A stretch of 64,000 nucleotides of DNA from Patescibacteria group bacterium (GCA_040388095.1 JAZKCM010000001.1:125820-189819), one strand, 5' to 3'. Positions 46,160 to 56,332 are shown, counted from the first letter of the stretch. The notes: generated from the sequence alone by a model not told the origin. Translations and numbers: made by a program.

Positions 46160-46738
46160 ATGGAACAACAAAATGAATTGAAAAATCTAGATAAAAAACA
46201 AACTTTCAAAGAATCCTTCTGGGAGCTTGTTCGTTTTGCATTAATCGCAATTGCGATAGTACTACCCGTCCGCATATTTATCGCTCAGCCATTTATCGTC
46301 TCAGGATCTTCTATGGTTCCGACATTTCAAAATGGTCAGTATTTAATCGTCGATGAGATCAGCTACCGATTTGAAGATCCAAAAAGAGGTGACGTGATAG
46401 TATTTCGTTACCCAAATGACACAAAGAAATTTTTTATAAAAAGAATCATCGGACTTCCTGGTGAAACTGTCGATGTGAAAAAAGAAGAAACGATAATTAC
46501 AAATAAAGAAAACCCAAATGGTTTTGTTCTCGATCAATCATATGTCGTAAACCATTCACAAGATAATGCGCATAAAGTCTTAGGGAGTGATGAATACTTT
46601 GTGATGGGAGACAATAGATCAGGAAGTTCAGATTCAAGATACTGGGGCCCAGTACAGAAAAAATTATTAGTCGGTCGTGCATTTTTACGTTTATTTCCAG
46701 TAAATCAAATCGATGTTTTACCAGGAGCATATAATTAA
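46160..46738 (+). CDS. lepB: Signal peptidase I
   Basis: Catalytic Ser box SGSSMVPT, Lys box KRIIGLPGE, and GDNRSGSSDSR. Confidence 0.9.
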   Translation: MEQQNELKNLDKKQTFKESFWELVRFALIAIAIVLPVRIFIAQPFIVSGSSMVPTFQNGQYLIVDEISYRFEDPKRGDVIVFRYPNDTKKFFIKRIIGLPGETVDVKKEETIITNKENPNGFVLDQSYVVNHSQDNAHKVLGSDEYFVMGDNRSGSSDSRYWGPVQKKLLVGRAFLRLFPVNQIDVLPGAYN

Positions 46739-46740
46739 TT

Positions 46741-48045
46741 ATGAAAAAAACAACAAGTACAAAAAAAGCTGCAAGCAAGAATTTAGGATCACCGAAAGGA
46801 ATGAGAGATATTATGAATGAGGAGTATTACAGCTTCCAAGGCTTTTTTGAAAAAGCGCAAGAGGTGGCTATCTACTACGGTTTCAAACCAATAGAAACAC
46901 CAATGATGGAACATGAAGAAGTATTCACATCTGGTATCGGTGAAGGCACTGACATTGTCGATAAAGAAATGTATACACTCAAGACTAAAGGTGGTGACCA
47001 TCTTGCACTCCGCCCAGAACACACAGGTTCCTTAATGCGTGCATATATCGAGCAAGGTATGCAAAATATGCCTCAGCCAGTAATGTTCTATCAATACGGC
47101 CCAGTATTCAGACACGACAATCCTCAGAAAGGACGTTACCGACAATTTTGGCAATTTGATATGGATTCTCTAGGTAGTGAAAAAAGTATTATGGATGCGC
47201 TTGTCATCAAGGCTGGTATGAGTATCTTAGAAGAAGCAGGAGCATCGAACCTTTCAATCGATATCAACTCTATCGGTGACAAAGAATGCCGATCAGGATA
47301 TATAAAAGAGCTCGTCAGCTACTACAAAAAACATATGAATGACTTGCCTGCGATCGACCGAGAAAGATTAAAGACTAATCCCCTCCGTATTCTCGATTCA
47401 AAAGATTTAAAAACAAAAGAAATAAATGAGGGAGCTCCTGATGCAGTTTCATTTCTCTGTCCTGCGTGCAAAAAGCACTTCAAAGAAGTTTTAGAATATC
47501 TAGAAGAAATGGGAATCCAGTACAACTTAAACAAATGTTTAGTGCGTGGACTTTCATATTACACAAGAACTGTTTTTGAAATTATCGATGAATCAGATAG
47601 TGAGACAAAAGGTATGGCAATCGCTGGTGGAGGTAGATATGATTATCTCGGCAAACAACTTGGTAGCAAAAAAGATGTCCCAGCAGTCGGACTTTCTCTT
47701 TCTGCAGACCGCGTACTCCTTATGCCTTGGTACAAAAAACTTTCTCCGAGAATTCTGAAAAAACCAAAAGTATATTTTATTCAGCTTGGTAGTGATGCAA
47801 AATTGAAAAGCTTAAATGTTATAGATTTGTTGCGCAAAGCGCATGTGCCAATAGCGCAATCACTTTCAAAAGACACACTCGGTGCACAGCTCGCTATCGC
47901 TGAAAAATTGCAGATCCCATATGCGCTCATCTTCGGACAAAAAGAAGCCCTCGACAATGCAGTCATCGTCCGTGATATGTCTAATCGTTCTCAAGAAACC
48001 ATCAAACTCTCCAGATTGCTCGAATATTTAAAAGAAATTAAATAA
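46741..48045 (+). CDS. hisS: Histidyl-tRNA synthetase
   Basis: Contains LRPEHT, RQFWQFD and GGGRYD motifs, plus an anticodon-binding C-terminal domain. Confidence 0.95.
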   Translation: MKKTTSTKKAASKNLGSPKGMRDIMNEEYYSFQGFFEKAQEVAIYYGFKPIETPMMEHEEVFTSGIGEGTDIVDKEMYTLKTKGGDHLALRPEHTGSLMRAYIEQGMQNMPQPVMFYQYGPVFRHDNPQKGRYRQFWQFDMDSLGSEKSIMDALVIKAGMSILEEAGASNLSIDINSIGDKECRSGYIKELVSYYKKHMNDLPAIDRERLKTNPLRILDSKDLKTKEINEGAPDAVSFLCPACKKHFKEVLEYLEEMGIQYNLNKCLVRGLSYYTRTVFEIIDESDSETKGMAIAGGGRYDYLGKQLGSKKDVPAVGLSLSADRVLLMPWYKKLSPRILKKPKVYFIQLGSDAKLKSLNVIDLLRKAHVPIAQSLSKDTLGAQLAIAEKLQIPYALIFGQKEALDNAVIVRDMSNRSQETIKLSRLLEYLKEIK

Positions 48046-48049
48046 CACT

Positions 48050-48628
48050 ATGGTAAAAGAAATTCTCCAAAGAAATGAAAAAGTTCTACGAGAAGTTGCA
48101 AAAGCTGTACTGATAAAAGATATCGGTTCTCTCAAGATTAAAAAAGTTCTCAAAGATATGGCTATCGCTCTTGAAAAACAGCCAGATGGCGTGGCTATTG
48201 CAGCACCACAGATAGGTTCGTCCCTTCGTATTTTTCTCGTTGCTGGAAAAGTTTTTGACGAAAATTTTTTGAAAGATGAAGATGAAAAAACATCTGATAA
48301 AAAAACTGTTATAGATAGTCTGGAAGAGAAAAAAGGAAATCATAATCTTGTTTTTATTAATCCAAAAATTCTAAAATTATCAAGAGAAAAAAAATGGGTT
48401 CCTGAAGGATGCCTTTCTGTGCGATGGCTGTATGGTAGGACGCATCGTTCTACTAAAGCAACAATAGAAGCACACAATGAAAAGGGAGAGAAATTTATCC
48501 GTGGAGCAAGTGGATTGCTCGCACAGATCTTTCAACACGAGACAGATCACTTGAATGGCATTTTATTCCACGATCACGCAAAAGATTTAAAAGAAGAGGA
48601 AGATCCACAAAATCAACATGCCAAATAG
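48050..48628 (+). CDS. def: Peptide deformylase
   Basis: Contains the motifs APQIG, EGCLS and HETDHLNG. Confidence 0.9.
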   Translation: MVKEILQRNEKVLREVAKAVLIKDIGSLKIKKVLKDMAIALEKQPDGVAIAAPQIGSSLRIFLVAGKVFDENFLKDEDEKTSDKKTVIDSLEEKKGNHNLVFINPKILKLSREKKWVPEGCLSVRWLYGRTHRSTKATIEAHNEKGEKFIRGASGLLAQIFQHETDHLNGILFHDHAKDLKEEEDPQNQHAK

Positions 48629-49454
48629 AAAAGATTTAAATTTTGTGTTTTTTGGAACACCGGACGTCGCAAATGAGACACTTACGATATTAAAAAATTC
48701 TGGATATATTCCCACACTCATTGTCACTGCTCCAGATAAACCACAAGGAAGAAACCTTGTACTCACTGCCCCGCCAGTGAAAAATTGGGCAATAGAAAAT
48801 AATATCCCATACATACAACCAGAAAAAATAACTCTTGAAGAATTAAAAATTACTTCATCTGATCTTTTTATTGTTGTTGCATACGGAAAAATACTACCAG
48901 AAAATATTATTATATTCCCTCAAAATGGTTGCTTAAATATTCACTACTCTCTCTTACCGAAATACAGAGGAGCTTCACCTGTCGAATCAGCAATTTTACA
49001 CGGCGATACAGAAACAGGTGTCACTATCCAAAAAATGGAATATAAAATGGATTCTGGTCCGATCGTTGCACAAGAAAAAACAATAATTCCACCTGATGAA
49101 AAAGCATCTGATTTAAAAAAACGATTGATACAAATCGGTGGTGATCTCTTAGTCAAAACCTTACCTGATTTTATAGATGGAAAGATTGAATGTGTGAAAC
49201 AAAATGAAGAGCAATCAACATACTGCGCAAAAATCAAAAAAGAAAATGGCCTAGTAGATTTAGAAAAAGATTTACCAGAAAATATCTACAACAAATTTAG
49301 GGCATATGCTACATGGCCAAGAACGTTCTTTTTTAAAGATAATAAAAGAATTATCATTACCGATGCGGTAATGGAAGATGGTAAGTTTACAATAAAAAAA
49401 GTCCTTCCTGAAGGCAAAAAAGAAATTGACTACTTGCTCTTCCTTTCTCAGTAA
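48618..49454 (+). CDS. fmt: Methionyl-tRNA formyltransferase
   Basis: Contains NIHYSLLPKYRGASPV. Shows def-fmt synteny with an 11 nt overlap. Confidence 0.9.
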   Translation: MPNRKDLNFVFFGTPDVANETLTILKNSGYIPTLIVTAPDKPQGRNLVLTAPPVKNWAIENNIPYIQPEKITLEELKITSSDLFIVVAYGKILPENIIIFPQNGCLNIHYSLLPKYRGASPVESAILHGDTETGVTIQKMEYKMDSGPIVAQEKTIIPPDEKASDLKKRLIQIGGDLLVKTLPDFIDGKIECVKQNEEQSTYCAKIKKENGLVDLEKDLPENIYNKFRAYATWPRTFFFKDNKRIIITDAVMEDGKFTIKKVLPEGKKEIDYLLFLSQ

Positions 49455-49538
49455 ACCTTTCTTCCCTATATCTTTCATATTTAGTATAATAAAGAGTATT
49501 AACAATATATATTAATATTAGTAAATAGAATTTATCAT

Positions 49539-51227
49539 ATGAATAAAAAATTGAGTGTAGGTGTTGTTTTAGGAACCTTAATCGTGCTTGGTGTACTTAT
49601 CGGAATTGTTTTCAATAGAAATTTAATTACTGATACAAACAACCAGCTTGCAAGTGTCATCGGTCCAACAATTACAAATATTAAGGTAAGTAACATTACT
49701 GCAACAGGAGCAATTGTTACTTGGACAACCAGTAAAGCTTCATCGACAAGCGTAGAAACTAAAGAAAATTTCTTGTCAGTCTGGGTAGTAGCTCCATATA
49801 ATGTTGGCAATATCAATGGTTTAACAACACACAAAGCTATCATTACTGATCTTAAATCAAATACAAAATATTCTTACCGTGTGACTTCTTGTGATAGTAC
49901 AAATAGCTGTAAAACTTCAAGCAGTAATTCATTTACAACAATCAAAGCTATCGATACTACAGCACCATCGACTCCTACAGATCTCGTAACAACAAATATT
50001 ACTGATACAACAGCGACTATTTCTTGGTCAGCATCGACAGACAATGTAGCAGTTGCAGGATACAATATATATAAAAATGGATCTACTATTGCGAGTAACA
50101 GTAGCCTCATCACAACAACAAGCTACCTCGCAACAGGACTCATAGCTGGTACTTCCCGTACATATGCAGTGAGTGCTGTTGATGCTACAGGAAATATGTC
50201 AGCACGAAGTACAGAATTTACATTTACAACAACAGGAGGAGTTTTAGCGACAGATACCTGTCCGAATGCAGTTACCAATCCTTCAGATGCGAGAGATGTC
50301 TGGGCATGGCATTCAAATACACAACTCGTAACACCAAACTCAACATATCAAAATCAATTCTTTGCTTTTGCTGATTCACATAAAGTGAAGACTATCTATC
50401 TCAATGCAAATCCATCTTTCCTATCTGGAAGTTCCGCAAACAATATAAAAGATTTCTTAAATAAAGCAAAGACACACTGTATGGATGTCGAAGCACTCGG
50501 TGGTGCTGAGAATTGGGTCGCAACTCCAGGTAATCCTTACTTTACTAAAGGGGTAACAACAACAGCTGCAGTTGATTTTGCTAATGCAGTCAAAAATTTC
50601 AACAATAGCATCGTCAGCCCAAATGCTAAATTCTCAGCAATACAACTCGATGTAGAGCCACACACAATCAGCTCCACTGATGGATATTATCCTTACTGGA
50701 ATATGGCTGATGCAACATATACAAAAGAACAATCAAACATAGCAATTGCAAATGCACTCATTGATATGCTTCACGAAGTCAGAGGTGTCGTTGGAACAAG
50801 TGTAAAAATAAATCTCGCTCCTCCACGCTGGTATGATACAAATGCTACTCTTCAATCATTCAATCGTACAGGTGCTGGCATCACAGGCAAAAATGCTATG
50901 CAATATATGTTTGATGAAGTAGATACAATCACTCTTCAGGATTATGTCACTACAGCAGACTCTATTTACACTTATGCAAAAGGTGAATTAGATTATGCAG
51001 TAGCAAATGGTAAAAAAGTAAAAATTGGTCTTCTCCTCGATCAAGATACAAGTGCTCCAACAAGTACATACTACGGCAGTACTTGTACAAAATTAAATAC
51101 TGATATTGCATCTTCATATGCAATGATGACTTCAGCACAAAAAGCAGTATTTGATGGATATGCTATCGAACAGTATGATACATCTGCTGGCTATCCAAGC
51201 TCATGGTCTAGTTTCTGTCCGCAATAA
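49539..51227 (+). CDS. Surface protein: N-terminal anchor + 2 FN3-like domains + ~330 aa Cys-bracketed C-terminal domain (paralog A)
   Basis: Anchor LSVGVVLGTLIVLGVLIGIV. FN3 signatures AIVTWTTSKASSTSVE and ATISWSASTDNVAVAGYNIY. The C-terminal domain runs from CPNAVTNPSDARDVWAWH to SSWSSFCPQ and contains AIQLDVEPH. It matches the C-terminus of 51350..55051. Confidence 0.75.
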   Translation: MNKKLSVGVVLGTLIVLGVLIGIVFNRNLITDTNNQLASVIGPTITNIKVSNITATGAIVTWTTSKASSTSVETKENFLSVWVVAPYNVGNINGLTTHKAIITDLKSNTKYSYRVTSCDSTNSCKTSSSNSFTTIKAIDTTAPSTPTDLVTTNITDTTATISWSASTDNVAVAGYNIYKNGSTIASNSSLITTTSYLATGLIAGTSRTYAVSAVDATGNMSARSTEFTFTTTGGVLATDTCPNAVTNPSDARDVWAWHSNTQLVTPNSTYQNQFFAFADSHKVKTIYLNANPSFLSGSSANNIKDFLNKAKTHCMDVEALGGAENWVATPGNPYFTKGVTTTAAVDFANAVKNFNNSIVSPNAKFSAIQLDVEPHTISSTDGYYPYWNMADATYTKEQSNIAIANALIDMLHEVRGVVGTSVKINLAPPRWYDTNATLQSFNRTGAGITGKNAMQYMFDEVDTITLQDYVTTADSIYTYAKGELDYAVANGKKVKIGLLLDQDTSAPTSTYYGSTCTKLNTDIASSYAMMTSAQKAVFDGYAIEQYDTSAGYPSSWSSFCPQ

Positions 51228-51232
51228 GCTAC

Positions 51233-51270
51233 AAAAAAAGCCTCGCAACCTTTGGTTGCGAGGCTTTTTT
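51233..51270 (+). terminator. Intrinsic terminator
   Basis: AAAGCCTCGCAACC-TTTG-GTTGCGAGGCTTTTTT. Confidence 0.85.
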
Positions 51271-51349
51271 ATTTCACCTTTATTTCCCTTGCAGTAAAAT
51301 ATTTAGTATTATATAAGTATTAATAATATTATAAACTAGAATATTTTGT

Positions 51350-54300
51350 ATGAATAAAAATTTAAGACTTGGCGTTGTATTAGGGAGTTTAATTTCGCTC
51401 GTCGTACTCGGTGTTATCGTTTCTAATAAAAATTTAGGTAATACAAGTAGCCAGCTCGCAAGCCTCGTTGGTCCAACAATTACAAATGTCAAAGTAAGTA
51501 ACATCAGTACAACCAAAGTAAGTATTGATTGGAAAACTGACGTACCAAGCACCACAAAAATAGAAATCAAAAAAGCTTGGACGGTAAGTTGGGTCATTCC
51601 TTCAGGTAGTGGAACTAGCACAAATCTCACCACTGATCATACTGTTGATATCGACAACCTTATTTCGAATACAAAATATTCTTACCGTGTGACTTCTTGT
51701 GAAGACACCATCGGTTGTAAAACATGGACATCAAGCACACGATTCACAACACTCAAAACAACTGGCACTGACCCTACTGATACAGAAAATCCAACAATAC
51801 CGACAAATCTTAATGTCTCAAATATTACACAAACAAGTGCTACAATTTCTTGGACAGCAAGTACAGATGATGTCGCAGTCTCAGGATATAATATCTATAA
51901 AAAAGACACATCTGGCGTTGTTACTAAAAGTAATACTTCCCTAATCACAGGAACGACTTATAATGCAACTGGTTTAACTCCTGGTATTACAAGAAGTTAT
52001 CAAGTGGAAGCAGTAGATACGTCAGGTAAACTTTCTGGATTAAGTAATGCTGTTGTTTTTGCAACAACAGGTGGTGTGACTAGTGACACCACCTCCCCAA
52101 CCTCTCCTACAGGACTTTCTTCTTCAAATATTACACAAACAAGTGCCACAATTTCTTGGACTGCAAGTACTGATAATATTGGAGTTACTGGATACGATGT
52201 GTATGTTGGTGGAATTTTAAAGACTAGTGTTACAAGTACTACTGCTTCTCTTACAGGGCTTACTGCTGGTACTACATATAGTGTTACAGTGAAAGCTAAA
52301 GATGCTGCGGGAAACCCTCCTACTGCGAGTACTGCTCTGTCTTTAACAACCCTATCTTCAATAATAATTCCTCCTGCTGATATGCAAGCGCCAAGCATAC
52401 CAACTTTAACTCTTATTTCAAAAACAGATGTAAGTGCAGCAATACAATGGACAGCAAGTACTGATAATGTCGCTGTTGCTGGTTATCATGTTTATAACAA
52501 TGGAGTTGAAATAGGTAATACATCTACTGCAACTTCAATCACAGCTAATGGCCTTAGTCCTGCAACCACATATAATTTCACTGTAAAAGCTTTTGATACA
52601 GCGACACCAGCAAACTTATCTACAGCAAGTAATATTCTTACTATAACTACAGATGCTTTACATGATGTTACGCCTCCAACAGCTCCAAGCAATTTAACTT
52701 CTTCAAATCTAACTCCACATTCAGTAGATATTGCTTGGACAGCAAGTACAGATAATGTCGGAGTTATCGAATATCAAGTTTATGTAAATGGAACACTTGT
52801 AGGTGGTACAACTTTAGCTACTTCTATACATGCTTCAACTCTTTTCGAAAATACAACATATACTTTTACAATCAGTTCAAAAGACGCAGCAAACAATTAC
52901 TCTCTACTAAGTACTCCTTTAACGATAACAACACCACAAGACAATCCATCTGCACCGACAAATCTAATCCTAATTTCTAAAACCCATAACTCAGCAGCAA
53001 TGCAATGGACTGTTCCCGTAGTAACAGGAGGATTATCACCTATCGCTTCTTATGAAATTTATGTAAACGGTACATTAATAGGATCAACACTTTCTGCAAC
53101 TTCAATCACAGCTAATGGCCTTAGTCCTGCGACCACCTATGTATTCACAGTAAAAGCAAAAAATAGTTTAGGTCATCTTTCATCTTCAAGTAACTCTCTT
53201 TCTGTTACAACAGATACAGCACCCGATACTCAAGCACCAACTGCTCCTACAGGACTCAATGCTCCAGCCACAGAGATTACGACAAATTCTCTCAATCTCT
53301 ATTGGACAGCAAGTACTGACAACGTTGGAGTAGTAGAATATCAAGTATTCAAAAATGGAGTTCTTATTACCGGAACAGTAACAGCAACATCAGTACCAAT
53401 CACCAGCCTTACTCCTGCGACCACATACACATTCACAATCAAAGCAAAAGACGCTGCGGGGAATCTCTCTCCTCTTAGTACTGCCCTTTCAGTGACAACA
53501 AAAACTCCAGCCGACACCACCTCCCCATCAACACCTACAGGACTTACAACTTCAAACATTACACAAACAAGTGCAACAGTTTCTTGGACAGCAAGTACTG
53601 ATAATATTGGAGTTACTGGATACGATGTGTATGTTGGTGGAATTTTAAAGACTAGTGTTACAAGTACTACTGCTTCTCTTACAGGGCTTACTGCTGGTAC
53701 TACATATAGTGTTACAGTGAAAGCTAAAGATCTTGCGGGGAATGTTTCAGTGGCAAGTAATGTTTTGTCTGTGGTGACAGTTAGTGCTGACACAACAGCA
53801 CCGACTATTTCTGCAATTAGTTCAATACCAAATGATACTGGTGTGACGATAACTTGGACGACGAACGAAGCATCTGATTCACAAATCAGTTATGGTTTAA
53901 CGAGCTCCTACGGTACAACAAGTGTCCTCAATACAAGTCTCGTTACATCACATTCTGTCACTGTCACAGGACTCACTTCAGGAACACTCTATCACTATAA
54001 AGTTACTTCAAAAGACGCTTCATTAAATAGTGCTTCATCTGCCGACCAAACATTTACCACGACAACTCCTGCCCCAGTGTGTTTGAATGCAATTACGAAT
54101 CCTGCAGATGGCCGAGATGTCTGGGCATGGCATGGTAACACAGTCCTCATAACACCAAATTCTACTTACCAAAATAATTTCTTTACCTATGCTGATTCAC
54201 ATAAAATACAGACAATATATCTTAATGCAAACGCATCTTTTGTTAATAACAATGCAACAAATATCAAAGACTTCTTAAACAAAGCAAAAACACATTGTAT

Positions 54301-55051
54301 GAGTGTCGAAGCTTTAGGCGGTGCTGAAAATTGGGTAGCACTTCCAGGTAATCCATACTTCACTCAAGGCGCGACAACGACAGCAGCATTGGATTTTGCT
54401 ACAGCAGTAAAAAATTTAAACAATAGTATCACAGGAAATAATGCAAAATTCTCAGCGATACAGTACGATGTGGAGCCTCACACAATCGGTTCGACAGACG
54501 GTTATTATCCATATTATGGATTAAGTGATGCAAACTATACACCATTACAAGCAAACACAGCCATACTAAATGCATTGATAGATATGACTCAAGCAGTAAA
54601 AGCAATCACTGGATCAAGCGTGAAAGTAAATCTTGCTCCACCACGATGGTATGACACTTCAGCTAACCTCAACCCTTTCTCTCGTACAGGAGTTGGAGTG
54701 ACAGGTAAAAATGCAATGGAATATTTATTTGATAATGTTGATATTCTTTCGATTCAGGATTATGTAAATACTGCTAGCAATATTCATGACGATGCAGTCG
54801 GTGAATTAAATTATGCTGCAGCTCATAATAAAAAAGTAAATATTGGAATCCTACTTGATAACAGTGCCCCAGCTTCATCAAACTTCTTTGGTAGTACCTG
54901 TGCAAACCTTAACTCAACACTCCAAGGAGCGTACAACCTGATGACCGCAACAGAGAAAAGTGGCTTTGGTGTATTCTCTATAGAACAATACGATACAGGA
55001 GCTGGTTATACTGCTGGTACACCGAGTTCTTGGACTGGTATGTGCCCATAA
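51350..55051 (+). CDS. Giant surface protein: N-terminal anchor + ~9 FN3-like domains + the same C-terminal domain (paralog B)
   Basis: The W-T-A-S-T-D-N-(V/I)-G/A-V-x-G/E-Y signature recurs about 7 times, plus 2 divergent FN3 domains (VSIDWKTD, VTITWTTNEASDSQISYG). The C-terminal domain runs from VCLNAITNPADGRDVWAWH to SSWTGMCP and contains AIQYDVEPH. Confidence 0.8.
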   Translation: MNKNLRLGVVLGSLISLVVLGVIVSNKNLGNTSSQLASLVGPTITNVKVSNISTTKVSIDWKTDVPSTTKIEIKKAWTVSWVIPSGSGTSTNLTTDHTVDIDNLISNTKYSYRVTSCEDTIGCKTWTSSTRFTTLKTTGTDPTDTENPTIPTNLNVSNITQTSATISWTASTDDVAVSGYNIYKKDTSGVVTKSNTSLITGTTYNATGLTPGITRSYQVEAVDTSGKLSGLSNAVVFATTGGVTSDTTSPTSPTGLSSSNITQTSATISWTASTDNIGVTGYDVYVGGILKTSVTSTTASLTGLTAGTTYSVTVKAKDAAGNPPTASTALSLTTLSSIIIPPADMQAPSIPTLTLISKTDVSAAIQWTASTDNVAVAGYHVYNNGVEIGNTSTATSITANGLSPATTYNFTVKAFDTATPANLSTASNILTITTDALHDVTPPTAPSNLTSSNLTPHSVDIAWTASTDNVGVIEYQVYVNGTLVGGTTLATSIHASTLFENTTYTFTISSKDAANNYSLLSTPLTITTPQDNPSAPTNLILISKTHNSAAMQWTVPVVTGGLSPIASYEIYVNGTLIGSTLSATSITANGLSPATTYVFTVKAKNSLGHLSSSSNSLSVTTDTAPDTQAPTAPTGLNAPATEITTNSLNLYWTASTDNVGVVEYQVFKNGVLITGTVTATSVPITSLTPATTYTFTIKAKDAAGNLSPLSTALSVTTKTPADTTSPSTPTGLTTSNITQTSATVSWTASTDNIGVTGYDVYVGGILKTSVTSTTASLTGLTAGTTYSVTVKAKDLAGNVSVASNVLSVVTVSADTTAPTISAISSIPNDTGVTITWTTNEASDSQISYGLTSSYGTTSVLNTSLVTSHSVTVTGLTSGTLYHYKVTSKDASLNSASSADQTFTTTTPAPVCLNAITNPADGRDVWAWHGNTVLITPNSTYQNNFFTYADSHKIQTIYLNANASFVNNNATNIKDFLNKAKTHCMSVEALGGAENWVALPGNPYFTQGATTTAALDFATAVKNLNNSITGNNAKFSAIQYDVEPHTIGSTDGYYPYYGLSDANYTPLQANTAILNALIDMTQAVKAITGSSVKVNLAPPRWYDTSANLNPFSRTGVGVTGKNAMEYLFDNVDILSIQDYVNTASNIHDDAVGELNYAAAHNKKVNIGILLDNSAPASSNFFGSTCANLNSTLQGAYNLMTATEKSGFGVFSIEQYDTGAGYTAGTPSSWTGMCP

Positions 55052-55065
55052 AAATTATTAATAAA

Positions 55066-55103
55066 AATAAAAAGCCGATTCGCATTTTGCGAATCGGCTT
55101 TTT
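55066..55103. terminator. Bidirectional intrinsic terminator
   Basis: AAGCCGATTCGC-ATTTT-GCGAATCGGCTT flanked by an A-run and a T-run. Confidence 0.85.
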
Positions 55104-55119
55104 TAATTAGCTTTTCTGA

Positions 55120-55779
55120 TTAATGATCTTTATCTAGTTGTTCACGTTCATTAACAATTACTCCTTCGAGGATAATATGTTCAGGTTTTGAAGGCTGTGG
55201 AGGTGCTCCATCGAATACAAGATAAACACTTCTGTATTTAACATTAATCAAACAAGTTTTGTTGTCGTATTTCAAAGCAACTTCTCCTGCTTTATTTTCT
55301 TTACCCGTTAAAAAAAGATAATACTTACCATCTACTGGTTTATATTTAAAAGGTAATAATGCAGTAAAACTTTTTTTTGTGAAACGAACATTCAAAGTAG
55401 AAAGATCTTTACTATAACTCTCCACAACACCTGGCGTAAGATTATTAAGATCGGCTATTTGGCTATCTCTTTTTTTACCATACACAAGTACACCATCTGT
55501 AATTTTTTTTACATTTGTATCCTCATAAAGAACCAAAACAGCAGGACCGGCATTATAAAATTGGAAAATTTTTGTTTCTTCTCCAGTTATATTAAATGTA
55601 TCTCTAATTGCTGTTGTCCAAGGAATTTTTGCAGATTTTTGCTGTGTTTCATTATTGTAACCCGTACTTTCTTTTGAGCTTTTGCATGACCCAAGTGACA
55701 ATATAGCTAAAAAAATAATAGCTCTACAAACTTTTTTCTGTATTTTTGGATCCAAAGATTCCAAATCATTATTTTCCAT
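55120..55779 (-). CDS. Hypothetical lipoprotein-like protein (219 aa)
   Basis: Signal with a lipobox-like sequence ILSLGSC, followed by a beta-rich-looking domain. Confidence 0.6.
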   Translation of the reverse strand: MENNDLESLDPKIQKKVCRAIIFLAILSLGSCKSSKESTGYNNETQQKSAKIPWTTAIRDTFNITGEETKIFQFYNAGPAVLVLYEDTNVKKITDGVLVYGKKRDSQIADLNNLTPGVVESYSKDLSTLNVRFTKKSFTALLPFKYKPVDGKYYLFLTGKENKAGEVALKYDNKTCLINVKYRSVYLVFDGAPPQPSKPEHIILEGVIVNEREQLDKDH

Positions 55780-55843
55780 TTGTTTTATATTTAAGGTTTA
55801 TATTTCAAAGATATTTATTCCCTATTATCTTAGCATAAATGAT

Positions 55844-55872
55844 TTGACAAGTCAAGCTAATTTTGGTAATAT
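55844..55872 (+). promoter_or_regulatory. Consensus-like promoter (TTGACA-N17-TAATAT)
   Basis: TTGACA at 55844-55849, a 17 nt spacer, and TAATAT at 55867-55872. It drives a transcript of ~280 nt ending at the 56127-56157 terminator. Confidence 0.55.
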
Positions 55873-55939
55873 TTAAATAGGATTTGTTCATCAAATTTCG
55901 ATAATAAATAATAAATTTAATCTTTAAAAATCTAATTTT

Positions 55940-56053
55940 ATGGCTAAAAGAAGCATTTCTAAATTACCAGTCGGTAATCCATTTCCAAGTATTATATTTG
56001 GTAAAAATGTTCCCGGAATAACTGAACAAAAAAATCAAAAACTATCAAGCTAA
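55940..56053 (+). CDS. Candidate small ORF (37 aa): MAKRSISKLPVGNPFPSIIFGKNVPGITEQKNQKLSS
   Basis: The only ATG-initiated ORF in the promoter-to-terminator unit. Below the ORF-track cutoff. Coding status is uncertain and the unit could be an sRNA. Confidence 0.25.
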   Translation: MAKRSISKLPVGNPFPSIIFGKNVPGITEQKNQKLSS

Positions 56054-56126
56054 AAACGATTTTTACAAAACACCTTTAATCAAAAAACTAAAAAGCCACG
56101 TCAAGAAATAACGGTTAAATTACAAA

Positions 56127-56157
56127 CAAAAAAACTCTGCAATTGCAGAGTTTTTTT
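56127..56157. terminator. Bidirectional intrinsic terminator
   Basis: A-run, CTCTGC-AATT-GCAGAG, T-run. Confidence 0.8.
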
Positions 56158-56172
56158 AATTTAAAAAGAAAA

Positions 56173-56298
56173 TTATTTCTTTTTCTTTTTTGCAGCTTTT
56201 TTATCAAGCATGACTTTCTTAACAGCCAATCGCTTTTTAGTTTTCTTTGAATGCCTTGATGGTTTCTTCGGGCTCAATGTTGTACTTCTTTTTGCCAT
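56173..56298 (-). CDS. Candidate small, very basic protein (41 aa): MAKRSTTLSPKKPSRHSKKTKKRLAVKKVMLDKKAAKKKKK
   Basis: Own translation. Has its own consensus promoter (TTGAAT-N17-TATAAT) and the shared terminator. Composition is ribosomal-protein-like, but I cannot assign a family. Confidence 0.45.
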   Translation of the reverse strand: MAKRSTTLSPKKPSRHSKKTKKRLAVKKVMLDKKAAKKKKK

Positions 56299-56332
56299 AT
56301 AAATTTATTTTAATTATTGATAAGATAGTTTT

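Noticed and set aside
52163-53731. Possible diversity-generating retroelement TR/VR pair in the FN3 protein
   Set aside because: The core is 141 bp with no mismatch. Flank differences are not adenine-specific. No reverse transcriptase is present in the window.
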